Shown: positions 46,726 through 56,264, numbered from the stretch's first letter. The stretch is 64,000 bases of DNA from a virus (IMGVR_UViG_3300025011_000040:2012-66011); one strand, 5' to 3'. Program-made: numbers and translations. Notes: generated by a model from the letters alone, not told the origin.

Positions 46726-47721
46726 TTAAACGTGATCTTTTTTGAGCCAAGGATTACCGACGACAAACGGGTACTTGCTGGTGAACTCGAAGAGCTTTTC
46801 TCCAAACTCGATGGCCTCAAGACGAGAGCATGTCAGGTTGCAGCCCCAATTGTACTGGTTCTGTCCTGCTGGGGTATTCTTCTGTGTGGTGGGGGCGGAT
46901 GTGTTAAAGGTGGAAACATAGCCCTTCACTGGAGCCGCCGGCATGTGTCCTGCCGTGACCAACGGCACAGAAGGAGGTTCCGCCATCGGTGTTTCTGCCG
47001 GCGCCGTAGCCTGATTCTCAACCTTCTTCGCCAGTTCTTGATTTTGCAGTTTGAGTTTCTGAATCTCGATACGACGATCAATCTCTGACGCGACCTCGGC
47101 TTCCGACAGAAGACAGAGGGTTTTCCGGTCTGGGAACAGGCCCGGGTATCCATTCTCATCAGCGAATATCATCCGGCCCATATTAAGAGACGCGGCGACG
47201 GCCAGGGCCTTAATCCTGTCCAGTTCTTCTTGGACTGCAGCAGCAAGACCTTTCTCCATTCCAGCCAGGCCCTTCTTGTTCGCGGCACCCGCCCTGATCT
47301 TTGTCTCGTTTGCCAAAATCTTGACACCATCAAGAAGCGGGTTTTCCTCAAGGATGAGCGCGACACCATCGCGGGCCGACTGCAGGGCCGCGTTGATTAC
47401 CTCGTCTTTGCGCCTCTGTTCTTCCTTTTTAACCTGTTTGTCCAGATTCAGCCGAGCCGTGTCCAGGGCAGCAGACGCAATGTCCAGCTTATTAAACAGG
47501 GCGTTGACGTCCGCCATCATCGCCAAGGCTTTCTTTTTAGCCTCAACGATCTTCTGCGCGTCTGCTTTAAGGTTGGCGATATCCTGTTTAGCTTGGGCGA
47601 AATCCTGATCGGTATTCAGGGTCAGGTTGATGGTGTTGATGTACTCCCGAAACCGGATCTCAAATTCCTCGAGATTGGATTCCACCACGGAGCCGGTAAT
47701 GTGGATGATAAGTTCGTTTAT
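46726..47721 (-). CDS. Coiled-coil recombination-module protein (DUF1351-like); apparent ATA start
   Basis: In-frame 11-codon extension xNELIIHITGS upstream of the tracked start 47688, with RBS GGAGG; L.TDQDFAQAK..K.I..AKKKAL..RL.LDKQVK.E. Confidence 0.6.
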   Translation of the reverse strand: MNELIIHITGSVVESNLEEFEIRFREYINTINLTLNTDQDFAQAKQDIANLKADAQKIVEAKKKALAMMADVNALFNKLDIASAALDTARLNLDKQVKKEEQRRKDEVINAALQSARDGVALILEENPLLDGVKILANETKIRAGAANKKGLAGMEKGLAAAVQEELDRIKALAVAASLNMGRMIFADENGYPGLFPDRKTLCLLSEAEVASEIDRRIEIQKLKLQNQELAKKVENQATAPAETPMAEPPSVPLVTAGHMPAAPVKGYVSTFNTSAPTTQKNTPAGQNQYNWGCNLTCSRLEAIEFGEKLFEFTSKYPFVVGNPWLKKDHV

Positions 47722-49058
47722 ATCTCCACCTCCATCTTGCGGCCGGAATCGGTAGGATTAAAGAAGGTGCAGATTGGCCGGCAATCCATTTCGTCACAAT
47801 CGGCCTCGGTCATCCCCTTTTTACCCTGTGGGCAATTGACCAGCATCGGTTCCTCGCTATCTGGTTCGACTGAAGGTGCTGCGGGATCGGAAGGGGCATT
47901 GAGCAGGTTGCGGCGTTTCAAGACATATTGCAGCATGTAATCAGCCCATTCCTTGCCATACTTTGTTTCAATCCGCTGGATATGCTTCATCGACCAGACG
48001 TCCAGTTCTTGCCCCGACTTCTTCTTGTCAACCTCTTCCATCTCGGCTTTGATCTGGGGAGGATAGGCGTAGGCGTCTTCTGTTTCGGCTGGCTCGGTTT
48101 TGGCCTCATCGACAGGCTTGTCTGTAGGAAGGTCGGCTTTCTTCTCGACCGGCGGCTTCTTGCTGGCCGCTGGCTTGGTTTTCTCTACCGGGGGAACGGC
48201 AGCGGTCTTTGCCGACTGGTCTTCAGACTTCTCTTCCTGTACTGCGGTTTTCGCGGCGAACTTGTCAGCGATCTTCTGTGCCGCATTCTCCTTCCCTTCC
48301 TCGAAAAACTCAGCGACAGACGCGATACCGTCACGGATTGACCGGAAGATCCGCTGAAGCATGACCACATCTGCCGGTACAATCGACCGGATAGGCCGCT
48401 GCATATATGCCTCTATTTGGGCCTGTGTGACATTGAGCTTGGCGAAACCCTCAAGTATCTGTTTAATCTTGTCGTCTATGTTGCCGATACTCTGTACAAG
48501 TGTCGCCTTACAGGCTTCCTCTGCCATCTCCACGATATCGCCGGGGATGATCTCGAGCAGACATGCCCTGACTCTTCTTTGAGCATGAGACGCGACATGC
48601 TCATACTTGTCCCGCTCTGCCGTGAGTGCCGCGCCACCACCCTTCTTGTCGCGCCAGTGCTTGATCTGGAAGGTCCGGGATACTTTGACATTGGTTTCAA
48701 AGTCATGGCAGAATGCCTCAATTTCGCTGTAATCAGAGCCGCGGCCGATCTCGCGGAACCCGTAATTGATATTCCCCCAATACCTGGCCAGGACTTCGGC
48801 CAGGCGGATGCTTGGACCGGTCACTACTTCCGATCCTCTGCGGAAAGAATAGCTTGCACCTTCAGCCAACCCTTGACGCTTGCAGGCGTTGAGGATCTTC
48901 TTTTCGGCCAGCACCTCATTACGAGGGTTTGATCTAGCAAGCACAAGGCAGGCTTGCACCTCTGCCACCGCCCGTGATTGCTCCACTCCGGCAACGGCTC
49001 CTGTGTAGTTGGTTGTGGCCGGCATAAGTTCGCTATCGTTCTGGATCATATCGTTCAT
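47718..49058 (-). CDS. Putative ssDNA-annealing/recombination protein
   Basis: AEVQA..LA...PRNE..A.YSF.RG..VTGPSIRLAE.LAR.WGNI; located near the exonuclease gene. Confidence 0.6.
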   Translation of the reverse strand: MNDMIQNDSELMPATTNYTGAVAGVEQSRAVAEVQACLVLARSNPRNEVLAEKKILNACKRQGLAEGASYSFRRGSEVVTGPSIRLAEVLARYWGNINYGFREIGRGSDYSEIEAFCHDFETNVKVSRTFQIKHWRDKKGGGAALTAERDKYEHVASHAQRRVRACLLEIIPGDIVEMAEEACKATLVQSIGNIDDKIKQILEGFAKLNVTQAQIEAYMQRPIRSIVPADVVMLQRIFRSIRDGIASVAEFFEEGKENAAQKIADKFAAKTAVQEEKSEDQSAKTAAVPPVEKTKPAASKKPPVEKKADLPTDKPVDEAKTEPAETEDAYAYPPQIKAEMEEVDKKKSGQELDVWSMKHIQRIETKYGKEWADYMLQYVLKRRNLLNAPSDPAAPSVEPDSEEPMLVNCPQGKKGMTEADCDEMDCRPICTFFNPTDSGRKMEVEI

Positions 49059-49087
49059 GGTATATTCCTTTATCCCTTAATTATTGG

Positions 49088-49360
49088 TCATTTTCTGGCA
49101 AGTTTTGACACCACTGCCTGGATAGTCTTGGCCAGGAGGTCTATCTCTCTTCCATACCGATCCTCAAAGAGCGACCGGTTGTTGTGGATTGCGTCGTTCT
49201 GCATCGTGTGCAGTCTTGGAGCCAGGGGGATGACCAGGAAGTCAGACACCCTGCCGGCGCCGTTGTTAAAGAATTTTGGGTGATGCGGGACGGCTGGCTC
49301 GCCGGTGACGATGCATCCCATATCGCAAACCATTTTGATGTACTTCGCCCCGGTTATCAT
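49088..49360 (-). CDS. DUF968/Ref-like HNH-type protein
   Basis: GCIVTG..PHH..SDFLVIPL..LH..IH..FE.RYG.E..LL. Confidence 0.65.
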   Translation of the reverse strand: MITGAKYIKMVCDMGCIVTGEPAVPHHPKFFNNGAGRVSDFLVIPLAPRLHTMQNDAIHNNRSLFEDRYGREIDLLAKTIQAVVSKLARK

Positions 49361-49803
49361 CGTTCATCCTCCTGGTGCTTGGACTCCTGCAAAAGCACAT
49401 CCTCAGTTACGCCAATCACCGCGGCGAGCAGGGGCCACGATCTATCGAAGACCCTATTTGCCTCCATGTGGGGCAGATCGGCGTAACCAAAAGAGCGATA
49501 TTCAAAATGGACCCCACCTTGTCGATCGACCACAACCACATCCTCTTTAATAAAGTGCAAGGCAACCTTGAGGCTGAACTTTGCCTTGGCTAAGGTATTC
49601 CAGTTCGGATTATCAGTATTTTCAGCTACTGTGCGGAGGCAACCGTGAAGCATTTTCAATTGAAGGTATGACCGCTCTTTCTTGACCCCGGAAACCTTGT
49701 GCTTGGTTATCTGGTTCTCTTTGAACTCAGACCATGCGGCAACATCCTCTGGGGTAAAAGGCACAGCCATACCGTTGCGCTTTTGGAATGCTATATTTTT
49801 CAT
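49357..49803 (-). CDS. Hypothetical recombination-region protein (NinB/DUF1367-like)
   Basis: ERSY.Q.K..H and RSFGYADL..EANRVFD. Confidence 0.5.
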   Translation of the reverse strand: MKNIAFQKRNGMAVPFTPEDVAAWSEFKENQITKHKVSGVKKERSYLQLKMLHGCLRTVAENTDNPNWNTLAKAKFSLKVALHFIKEDVVVVDRQGGVHFEYRSFGYADLPHMEANRVFDRSWPLLAAVIGVTEDVLLQESKHQEDER

Positions 49804-49807
49804 AGGG

Positions 49808-50662
49808 CTAGAAGGACGCGGAGGGATCGTTAAGAGCCATACTCTCTTCGTCGCGCTTGGCCCAGCCAGGCAAGGACGTATCGATGATCCGATCATCATT
49901 GTATCCCGGCCAGCGGTTCGCTTTCCTTGCCTCGGAAAATCTGACAAGGTTGCGGCGAAATGCCTGCCGCCCCATCTCCCGGTCTTCCTCGGAGGCTCGG
50001 TACACCGCCACACAGAAGGGAGGTTCTTTCTCGACACAGATGAAAACGAAATCGGAGATAGCAGGGCCGGACCCGAGCATATTAAAAACCTCGGGATACA
50101 TACCGGACTGGACGTGGTAGGAGTAGGTGTACATATCGCGGAAGAACTTCGAGGGACTGGCGTCCGTGGTGGTTTTCAGGTCACAGATAACATCCTCAGT
50201 CACCCAATCAGGCCTTACCTTAACCAGTTCTCCGGTTTCCGGTTCTGTCGCAAAAACACTAGCCTCGGCATACCCATCAACGAGCAGATTCTTGGCCACA
50301 GGGTGCTTGCGAACAGCACTGGCCATGCCCATAATCGAGTCGTAATCATTCACCCCGAGAATGTCCTTGTCTGAATTACTCTGGACGAAGGCTTTCCAGA
50401 TGTTGGTGTTCTTGTTGACATCAGGACCAACGATGTATTGCTTGTCGAATTTATCCGGCTCCAGGGTGGCGGTATGCACTGCCGAGCCGATGACGTACTG
50501 TGGATTGGGATCTTCCCGGTTGCCGAGGATATATCGCCAGTGGTACTTTTCGGCGTTCTTGGCAAACAATGCCAGTCCTGATTTGCTCACGCCAATGGCT
50601 GCGTGATAGTCTTCATTGCTCATGTCAAAATAAATACCTGGCTCAATAAGTTCGTTCCCCAT
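49808..50662 (-). CDS. RecE/exonuclease VIII-like PD-(D/E)XK nuclease
   Basis: PGIY..MSNEDYHA..VSKSGL..GSAVH..LEP..KVRPDW..DLKTT..YHVQ..Y..FICVEK.PP. Confidence 0.88.
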   Translation of the reverse strand: MGNELIEPGIYFDMSNEDYHAAIGVSKSGLALFAKNAEKYHWRYILGNREDPNPQYVIGSAVHTATLEPDKFDKQYIVGPDVNKNTNIWKAFVQSNSDKDILGVNDYDSIMGMASAVRKHPVAKNLLVDGYAEASVFATEPETGELVKVRPDWVTEDVICDLKTTTDASPSKFFRDMYTYSYHVQSGMYPEVFNMLGSGPAISDFVFICVEKEPPFCVAVYRASEEDREMGRQAFRRNLVRFSEARKANRWPGYNDDRIIDTSLPGWAKRDEESMALNDPSASF

Positions 50663-50745
50663 TGCGTTACACTCCCTGTTGTGATATTTTTAAGGTTCAT
50701 TCCCTTTGTTGCGCCCGGCTGGCTACGCCAATAGTCAGCCGGCTT

Positions 50746-51336
50746 TTATTTCACCATACCCATCAGGACGCCATCGCCGCCGTCGAAGGAAAAGGCGACC
50801 ATCTTCCTTTCTGCCCCATCAACCGGCCCGAGTTTGACGTTCGGCAGGTCTTTGATTTTGTCCAGCAGCCTTGCGCTCAGTCGCACATCACCGATATCGA
50901 CATGCGCCCACCCGTCCGCATATGACCTCCCGGTACCGTTGCAATTGCTGCACTTTTCGTTGCCGCCAGATACCGCACCCTCGCCGCCACAGCTCTTGCA
51001 ATCGGCAGAATACATATGATACCCATTGTCAAACTCCACACTCCCCTCACCGTCACACTCAGGGCATTCCTCTACCTTCCCGTATCCCTTGCAAATAGGG
51101 CACTTGTGCCTTTCGAGCGCTTCGTATTCGGGAAACTCTGTCACGCACTCTCCGTCAGCAGGGAACCCCAACTTCTCGAGCTTTAACGCGTCAGGCTTTG
51201 CGCTGGATATCTCGGGTATGCGCGGAACCCTGATTATCATGCGGCCATCGGAAGCATAGGTAAAATCCCCGTGGCTGAACGGCTTGGAAAATGTCGGCAT
51301 CTCTCGATCGAGCGAACAAAAACTTGTCAGGTCCAT
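50746..51336 (-). CDS. Phage protein with DnaJ-type CxxCxGxG zinc-finger repeats
   Basis: Four CxxCxGxG repeats; YASDGR N-terminus; F.FDGG.GVLM C-terminus. Confidence 0.75.
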   Translation of the reverse strand: MDLTSFCSLDREMPTFSKPFSHGDFTYASDGRMIIRVPRIPEISSAKPDALKLEKLGFPADGECVTEFPEYEALERHKCPICKGYGKVEECPECDGEGSVEFDNGYHMYSADCKSCGGEGAVSGGNEKCSNCNGTGRSYADGWAHVDIGDVRLSARLLDKIKDLPNVKLGPVDGAERKMVAFSFDGGDGVLMGMVK

Positions 51337-51349
51337 ATCTCCCTCCCTG

Positions 51350-51568
51350 TTATTCCTGAAATGGCAGAACCATCTGCCTACTATCGCATTCCTCTTGTAA
51401 CTCTTCCTCCTGCCTTTCCCTTGCCCTTTCCGCAGGCGACAGAGACGCCAGATGCAGTTCCCGCGCCCGCTGATCCACTCTGCGCTTCCTCTCTCGCAAT
51501 TCCTCGCGGCTGATTGGCCTCTGGCCGAACCAGGCCGCCCGTGCAAAAGGAAATGGTATTTGCTTCAT
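51350..51568 (-). CDS. Small hypothetical protein
   Basis: Helical ORF ending QMVLPF; overlaps the upstream gene tail. Confidence 0.4.
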   Translation of the reverse strand: MKQIPFPFARAAWFGQRPISREELRERKRRVDQRARELHLASLSPAERARERQEEELQEECDSRQMVLPFQE

Positions 51569-51908
51569 GCCCTACTCCCCTTACCGCCCGCTCGGCCAGT
51601 GCCAGCAGGCTCCCATTTTTAACCATCACCGAATCGCCGCGCAGGACCAGCCAGCCGTGCAGCGCTGCTTCGCTCAGTTTAAGACAATCGTTCCTGAACC
51701 CTTCCGCCCTGACGTGCCTGCCGCGCATTCCTACCGTCCCGCCGTCTATCTCCACAGCTACCTTGAGATCCACCCACGCAAAGTCGAAGCGCCACATCCT
51801 AGTAGGATGAAATACATGCTCCGTGACATGCGGAGGCATCCCGGTTGCTCGAAGCTGCAGGGCGAATATCGCCTCAAGGTTGGGGGTTGTGCGCTTACCT
51901 GTGCTCAT
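51381..51908 (-). CDS. Vsr/DUF559-like PD-(D/E)XK endonuclease
   Basis: EHVFHPTRMWRFDFAW..KVAVEIDGG..GRH..GF.NDC.K..A...GW.VLR. Confidence 0.8.
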   Translation of the reverse strand: MSTGKRTTPNLEAIFALQLRATGMPPHVTEHVFHPTRMWRFDFAWVDLKVAVEIDGGTVGMRGRHVRAEGFRNDCLKLSEAALHGWLVLRGDSVMVKNGSLLALAERAVRGVGHEANTISFCTGGLVRPEANQPRGIAREEAQSGSAGAGTASGVSVACGKGKGKAGGRVTRGMR

Positions 51909-52171
51909 TTTGGCTCGTTGGTAGCTGACCTGAGAAACTTTGATTTGAAACAGGTTTTACCGGCCCGTATCGCCCTGAAGATCCTCGCGGCTCGGACATC
52001 CTTCCGCTGTCCCTTGGTCAACTTGGGCCTTGGGTTTGGATGGTGGTAGGTGCCGCGCTCGCTCGGCCAGAACAAGAAGCCGTTCAACCTGCGCTTGAGG
52101 TCTTTGTTGTCCTGCTTCCGTCGCTCTTTATATGCCGTCTGTGCTTCGTTGTACTGTCGCGCTGCTCCCAT
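51905..52171 (-). CDS. Basic hypothetical protein
   Basis: AGGAG RBS; stop overlaps the next ATG. Confidence 0.5.
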   Translation of the reverse strand: MGAARQYNEAQTAYKERRKQDNKDLKRRLNGFLFWPSERGTYHHPNPRPKLTKGQRKDVRAARIFRAIRAGKTCFKSKFLRSATNEPK

Positions 52172-52321
52172 CTCTTCTCCTTCCAGTTAAAATTAACCCC
52201 GACCGTTTCCAGCCGGGGCGGCACAATTGTGAATTGGTCCCGGTGTCGGGAATGCCTTGGTTTAGTCTAATAGTTCATGCGGATTCTCCTTGGTTGATGG
52301 TTGATAAATGATTTCCAAAAA

Positions 52322-52534
52322 TGGTCGGCATGGGCAGGATTCGAACCTGCGTTGCATATGCTTGATGTTAGTCGGCACCGCCAGCGCGGGACATTGGTTA
52401 ATATTTTCATCAAGTTTATAGGACTGTCCTTACTTCCCGAGTGTTTACCCGACTTGTCTTACAGCAAGGCTATTTCTCCAATCCTGCATCACCCCATATA
52501 GCTTAGCGTCTTTGCCTCTTCCGCCACCATGCCG
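52322..52534 (-). ncRNA. tRNA-like RNA with a large insert in place of the anticodon/variable arms
   Basis: 5' CGGCATGG-TG-GCGGAAGAGGCAAAGACGC ... GCAGGTTCGAATCCTGC-CCATGCCG-A-CCA 3': perfect acceptor stem, Leu-like D arm, canonical T arm, encoded CCA. Confidence 0.75.
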
Positions 52535-52691
52535 ATGGTTTCACCCCAAAAGCCCCATCCTCGGAAGGTATGGGGCAAGCCCGTCTTGGCGTTACGCACT
52601 TTTGGGCCGATCTTGTTTTGATCTGTTGCTTATTTGGCTATCGTCTATGTGGTGTTATTTGGGGCCGTCTCTGATCATTTTGGCACCTCCT

Positions 52692-52988
52692 TTAAATTAT
52701 CCCGTCGATACACCTTTCGATCTCCGCGCCTACCGTATCAGGCACCCGCTTTTCGGTTTCCTGAAAGCGCAAAATCCTTTCGAGCAACAACCGCCCGCTG
52801 GCGATATGTTCAGCGTTTGCGCCGAGTTCGACACACTTTTCGATGTATCTCTCGATTGCTGCCGGGAGCGCCGCGTCTTTGGCACAGAAGACAACAGCAT
52901 TATTTTCCGTGTACCGTTTTTTGTTCACCGGGTTTATCGCTAGAAAGGTGAACTTGCGGTCAATAACTTCCTTGTTTACTTCTGCCAT
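52692..52988 (-). CDS. Conserved hypothetical phage protein
   Basis: VVFCAKDAALPAAIERY motif; GGAG RBS. Confidence 0.6.
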   Translation of the reverse strand: MAEVNKEVIDRKFTFLAINPVNKKRYTENNAVVFCAKDAALPAAIERYIEKCVELGANAEHIASGRLLLERILRFQETEKRVPDTVGAEIERCIDGII

Positions 52989-53134
52989 GATGTTCTCCGT
53001 GGTTAAGGTTAAAACTTCTCCGGCATCGGTCGGTTATCGATACTGCCGGCGGTATCGGCGCAGGGCTATTGGAGGAGACAACCTGCTGTAAAGGGGAAAT
53101 GCGGAGCCGACCGTGCCTATTGTTCCGTTTATTT

Positions 53135-53344
53135 CTACGCGACGTGGAGAATAGCCCAAAGAGCAATCAACCCGGCCCACATTCCGAGAGAGCCCAGTAT
53201 GACCGCAATCCTGGCCTGATTCGGCGTCATGTTGTCGAGGCGGCAGAGGAAGCGTTCAAAGCCGGCGTTGTGGATCTGGATTGCCTTGGATATGAGCTTG
53301 CGGCGGCGGACTGGTGCGTTCATTTTTCTTAGGTAGGCTGTCAT
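53135..53344 (-). CDS. Small membrane protein
   Basis: C-terminal hydrophobic helix. Confidence 0.45.
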   Translation of the reverse strand: MTAYLRKMNAPVRRRKLISKAIQIHNAGFERFLCRLDNMTPNQARIAVILGSLGMWAGLIALWAILHVA

Positions 53345-53646
53345 GGCCTTATCTCCTTGAGCAAGCGTTTAAAAAATCAACAACATCCATGATCATTATT
53401 GCGAATGCCATTGTTCCGAAAAACGTCAGGATATCACCTTCCATTTTTTCCAGGCCGTTAGACTCAGCGATAAACAACATTCCGAAAAATATCGCACTTC
53501 TCATCTCCCCACCTCCAATCGAGCAAAATGTGATTGAGCGCCAACCTGCGCCGCGGCAATCCAGTCGCGGTTTGCGATGATCAGGATTGTTACCGCTGTG
53601 AGGAATCCTATACAGAACAGGCAGAATGATTTTGAGTTGTGCATGG

Positions 53647-54069
53647 TTATTCCTCCAGTTCTTTAGGGGTTGGTCTACGCCAAGTCAACCACTCAGATAG
53701 AGCCCCATGGCTAGTCCATTTTGACATGCCTTTGAAGTAGCACAAAAGGTTGCCGTTTTTACTGAGAACTCCAGCCGAAATGCGGCGTAAGGCGTTTTCT
53801 CCCACGATCACCCGCTCCCCATCAGCCGGGATATCGACGTACTTGATGAGCTTGCCGTCTTTGATTTCGTGGAGGGAGTCTTGCCAGTCTTCTGCGTGAG
53901 GAATGTCAAATGCTCTTAGGCTGACATCTGCGAAATTCTTGCTGCGATCCCGGGGGGACCAGTAATTATTGCTCCCTACGATTATAGGGATGTCAAGGTA
54001 CGCGATCCAAGAACCATTAATGTCCATAGCCGCCCACTTCCACTTGTCTTCGATCTTCAACCCAGTCAT
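53647..54069 (-). CDS. Hypothetical phage protein
   Basis: KWKWAAMDINGSW..P..W..DWQDSL; ATG overlaps the upstream stop. Confidence 0.55.
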   Translation of the reverse strand: MTGLKIEDKWKWAAMDINGSWIAYLDIPIIVGSNNYWSPRDRSKNFADVSLRAFDIPHAEDWQDSLHEIKDGKLIKYVDIPADGERVIVGENALRRISAGVLSKNGNLLCYFKGMSKWTSHGALSEWLTWRRPTPKELEE

Positions 54070-54268
54070 CGCTTGTCTCCTTTTCCACGTCCTACTTTTG
54101 ACCTCTTTCCCCGCTGCTTTAGCCACTCTGTAATAGACCCGCCCTGCGCCCTCACCGCGTGCATCTCGTCATCGATGGTCGGGGTGTATGTTGGCGGGGC
54201 TTGTGGCGATTGCTGCTGGTTTAGTAGCTGCTGCAGCATTTGTTCTATTCTGTCTAATTGGGTCATGA

Positions 54269-55027
54269 TCAGCTCCCACAAAGACCACTTTGGCAAAACT
54301 CTCCGCGATAGTTCCATAGCATCCCTTGCCCAGGCCTGTACTTTCCTCTGTCGCTTGCGGCCCACTTCAAAACTTCATCTATGCCCTTTGCCCCCATGTG
54401 CTTTTTTTCGCGGAACATGTAATTGCCTACCTCTTTTTCAAGCCTTCGGACCTTTTCTATTTGCTCTTCTGGGGTTCGCAGGAGGTCGGCCCTGTTTGCA
54501 TTTATACAAGGGCAGCATTCCATTGACCTGTGCGGAAGTATTTCAATGCCAGTTTTCCTAATAAGATTGTCGCGCTCGCCGGATGTGTGCTTGTAAAGCG
54601 GATGCCAAACAACCCGACCTCCATGAAAAGGTGAGCTATAATCAAACTCTGGGATGTCTTTCCTTTCTTCACTTTCCTCTCGCCGCTTCCCAATCATCAT
54701 TGTTGCTCTGGCCTCCGGGTCTAAAAAGTCGCTAAACTCATCAATGGGAATCCCTTTCAAAATCCCGCTACACCACTGAAGGCCGTTTGATGGAAAACCT
54801 TTTTTGGCTCTAACTAAGCCCTCAAAATCGAACTGCCCTTTCACTCTCCACGTTATAAAGCCGTATGATTCAGCGAGTTGCTCCCCAACCTGCACCCTCC
54901 TGCCCCAGTCTTGCCGGCACCACCCTGTTTCTGCGTAAACCACATAGCAATCCTCAATTCCCTGCTCGTATGCCCATCTCAACAAGGCTATGGAATCGTT
55001 TCCATATGAGGCAGAAATGATGTTCAT
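54269..55027 (-). CDS. PAPS-reductase-family (PP-loop) protein
   Basis: IISASYGNDSIAL..ETGW..KGFP..QWCS..LK..GKRREES..R..ECCPCINAN. Confidence 0.8.
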   Translation of the reverse strand: MNIISASYGNDSIALLRWAYEQGIEDCYVVYAETGWCRQDWGRRVQVGEQLAESYGFITWRVKGQFDFEGLVRAKKGFPSNGLQWCSGILKGIPIDEFSDFLDPEARATMMIGKRREESEERKDIPEFDYSSPFHGGRVVWHPLYKHTSGERDNLIRKTGIEILPHRSMECCPCINANRADLLRTPEEQIEKVRRLEKEVGNYMFREKKHMGAKGIDEVLKWAASDRGKYRPGQGMLWNYRGEFCQSGLCGS

Positions 55028-55746
55028 GCAGCAACCTGGGGGAAAACCTTCGCCAGTTTCGCAACTCCCTTCGGCGTGACCAGCACCTGCTCTACGATTT
55101 TCTCCCGCCCATCGCTCGTCTGTACTGTCGTGACCTTGTGGGTCATGTAGCCCTGCGCAATCCGGTCCTGATACGCAACCCATCCCTTCCCGCCGATACG
55201 GCGATAGATCCAGCCGTGAGAGGCCATATAGGCAAAGAGGCGCTGGTTTGGATTGATTTGGAGAGTTTTTGCGGTGTTGGTGATATTCAAGAGGCCGTCA
55301 GCCAGACACATTCTGTCGTATGCTTTGACGGTCGGCTCCTGCTCGGCGATGGTCGTTTCGAGGGCGATTACTTTCTCTGTGTAATTAAGAAGGAGACTCC
55401 GCATTACTGCGGGGTCATTCAAGAGGGCCGAGTGGTCAACCGGCGCGGCGACCTGTGTCTCAAGCTCTCGCCACCTCTTGATTACCATCGCTCGTCTTTT
55501 TGCGTCGTACCCGGTGATCAGGGTCATGGTCGCGTCGAAGTCGAGCAGGTACATAGGCTGCTCTTTGTTCTGTGCGTTGGTGTAGGAGGACTGTCCAAAG
55601 TTGGATAGTCCTATTGCCTCGCCATCGATAAGCTTTTTAATGTCACGAATAACGTGGTGATGTTTTTTACCCATCAGTTCCGCAATCTCGACCGATGACA
55701 TTCTCTTGCTCCCAGCGTTTTGAGGCACAACCATCAGTTCATTCAT
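55024..55746 (-). CDS. Rha-family/KilAC antirepressor
   Basis: MSSVEIAELMGKKHHHVIRDI..Y.N.QNK.QPMYLL..LITGY..VIKRWRELE plus C-terminal QVLVTPKG.AKLA. Confidence 0.88.
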   Translation of the reverse strand: MNELMVVPQNAGSKRMSSVEIAELMGKKHHHVIRDIKKLIDGEAIGLSNFGQSSYTNAQNKEQPMYLLDFDATMTLITGYDAKRRAMVIKRWRELETQVAAPVDHSALLNDPAVMRSLLLNYTEKVIALETTIAEQEPTVKAYDRMCLADGLLNITNTAKTLQINPNQRLFAYMASHGWIYRRIGGKGWVAYQDRIAQGYMTHKVTTVQTSDGREKIVEQVLVTPKGVAKLAKVFPQVAA

Positions 55747-55970
55747 TTCGCCACCACCTTTCTGGCCGCTTTGAATGCAGCCAGGTATTCATTAATAAGC
55801 GGCTTCCGTTTCTCTCGATTCTTGTCCAGCGTCCACAGTTCCATCCCCCCGCCGACCAAATTATTCAGAGCGTCGCCCAACTCTTTCCCGGCGTCGGCCC
55901 TGCCGTTCACTATCGCGCAGAACCAGTTTGAGTTTGTGCCTACCAGTTTTGCAATACCCGCCTGTTTCAT
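55743..55970 (-). CDS. Cro-like HTH regulator
   Basis: MKQAGIAKLVGTNSNWFCAIVNGR; first gene of the leftward early operon. Confidence 0.65.
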   Translation of the reverse strand: MKQAGIAKLVGTNSNWFCAIVNGRADAGKELGDALNNLVGGGMELWTLDKNREKRKPLINEYLAAFKAARKVVAK

Positions 55971-56024
55971 ATTTGCCCTCTGTTTCTATTGTGATGAAGC
56001 GCTGTGTTTCTGTTTCTGATGGTG

Positions 56025-56053
56025 AATCTATCAGAGCTATTTGTGTTTTACAA
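56025..56053 (-). promoter_or_regulatory. Leftward early (cro) promoter
   Basis: Minus strand TTGTAA-17 bp-TAGATT in an AT-rich divergent intergenic region. Confidence 0.5.
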
Positions 56054-56151
56054 GAGGAAAAAACAAGTTTTTATATGTTTATAGCTCCATTTATTTCATG
56101 TTTATTAAAAAAACATCGTATATCTAGCAAGTTAAAAATGAAATAATTTAT

Positions 56152-56181
56152 TTGACAATAGTTCCAGAAAGAGTATATATG
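56152..56181 (+). promoter_or_regulatory. Rightward (repressor operon) promoter
   Basis: TTGACA followed after 16-18 bp by TATATA/TATATG. Confidence 0.55.
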
Positions 56182-56264
56182 AAGTATGAAAACAGTTTCA
56201 CATTACGTAAAAAACTGCTATACGGAGGCTGAGGCAATGAACGAAAAACAACTAGGGGGGGGAG

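Noticed and set aside
52322-52534. Canonical tmRNA or group I intron-containing tRNA
   Set aside because: Shorter than typical examples, no G3-U70 pair, no clear tag ORF, and no group I core or split anticodon stem recognised; not excluded without a covariance search.
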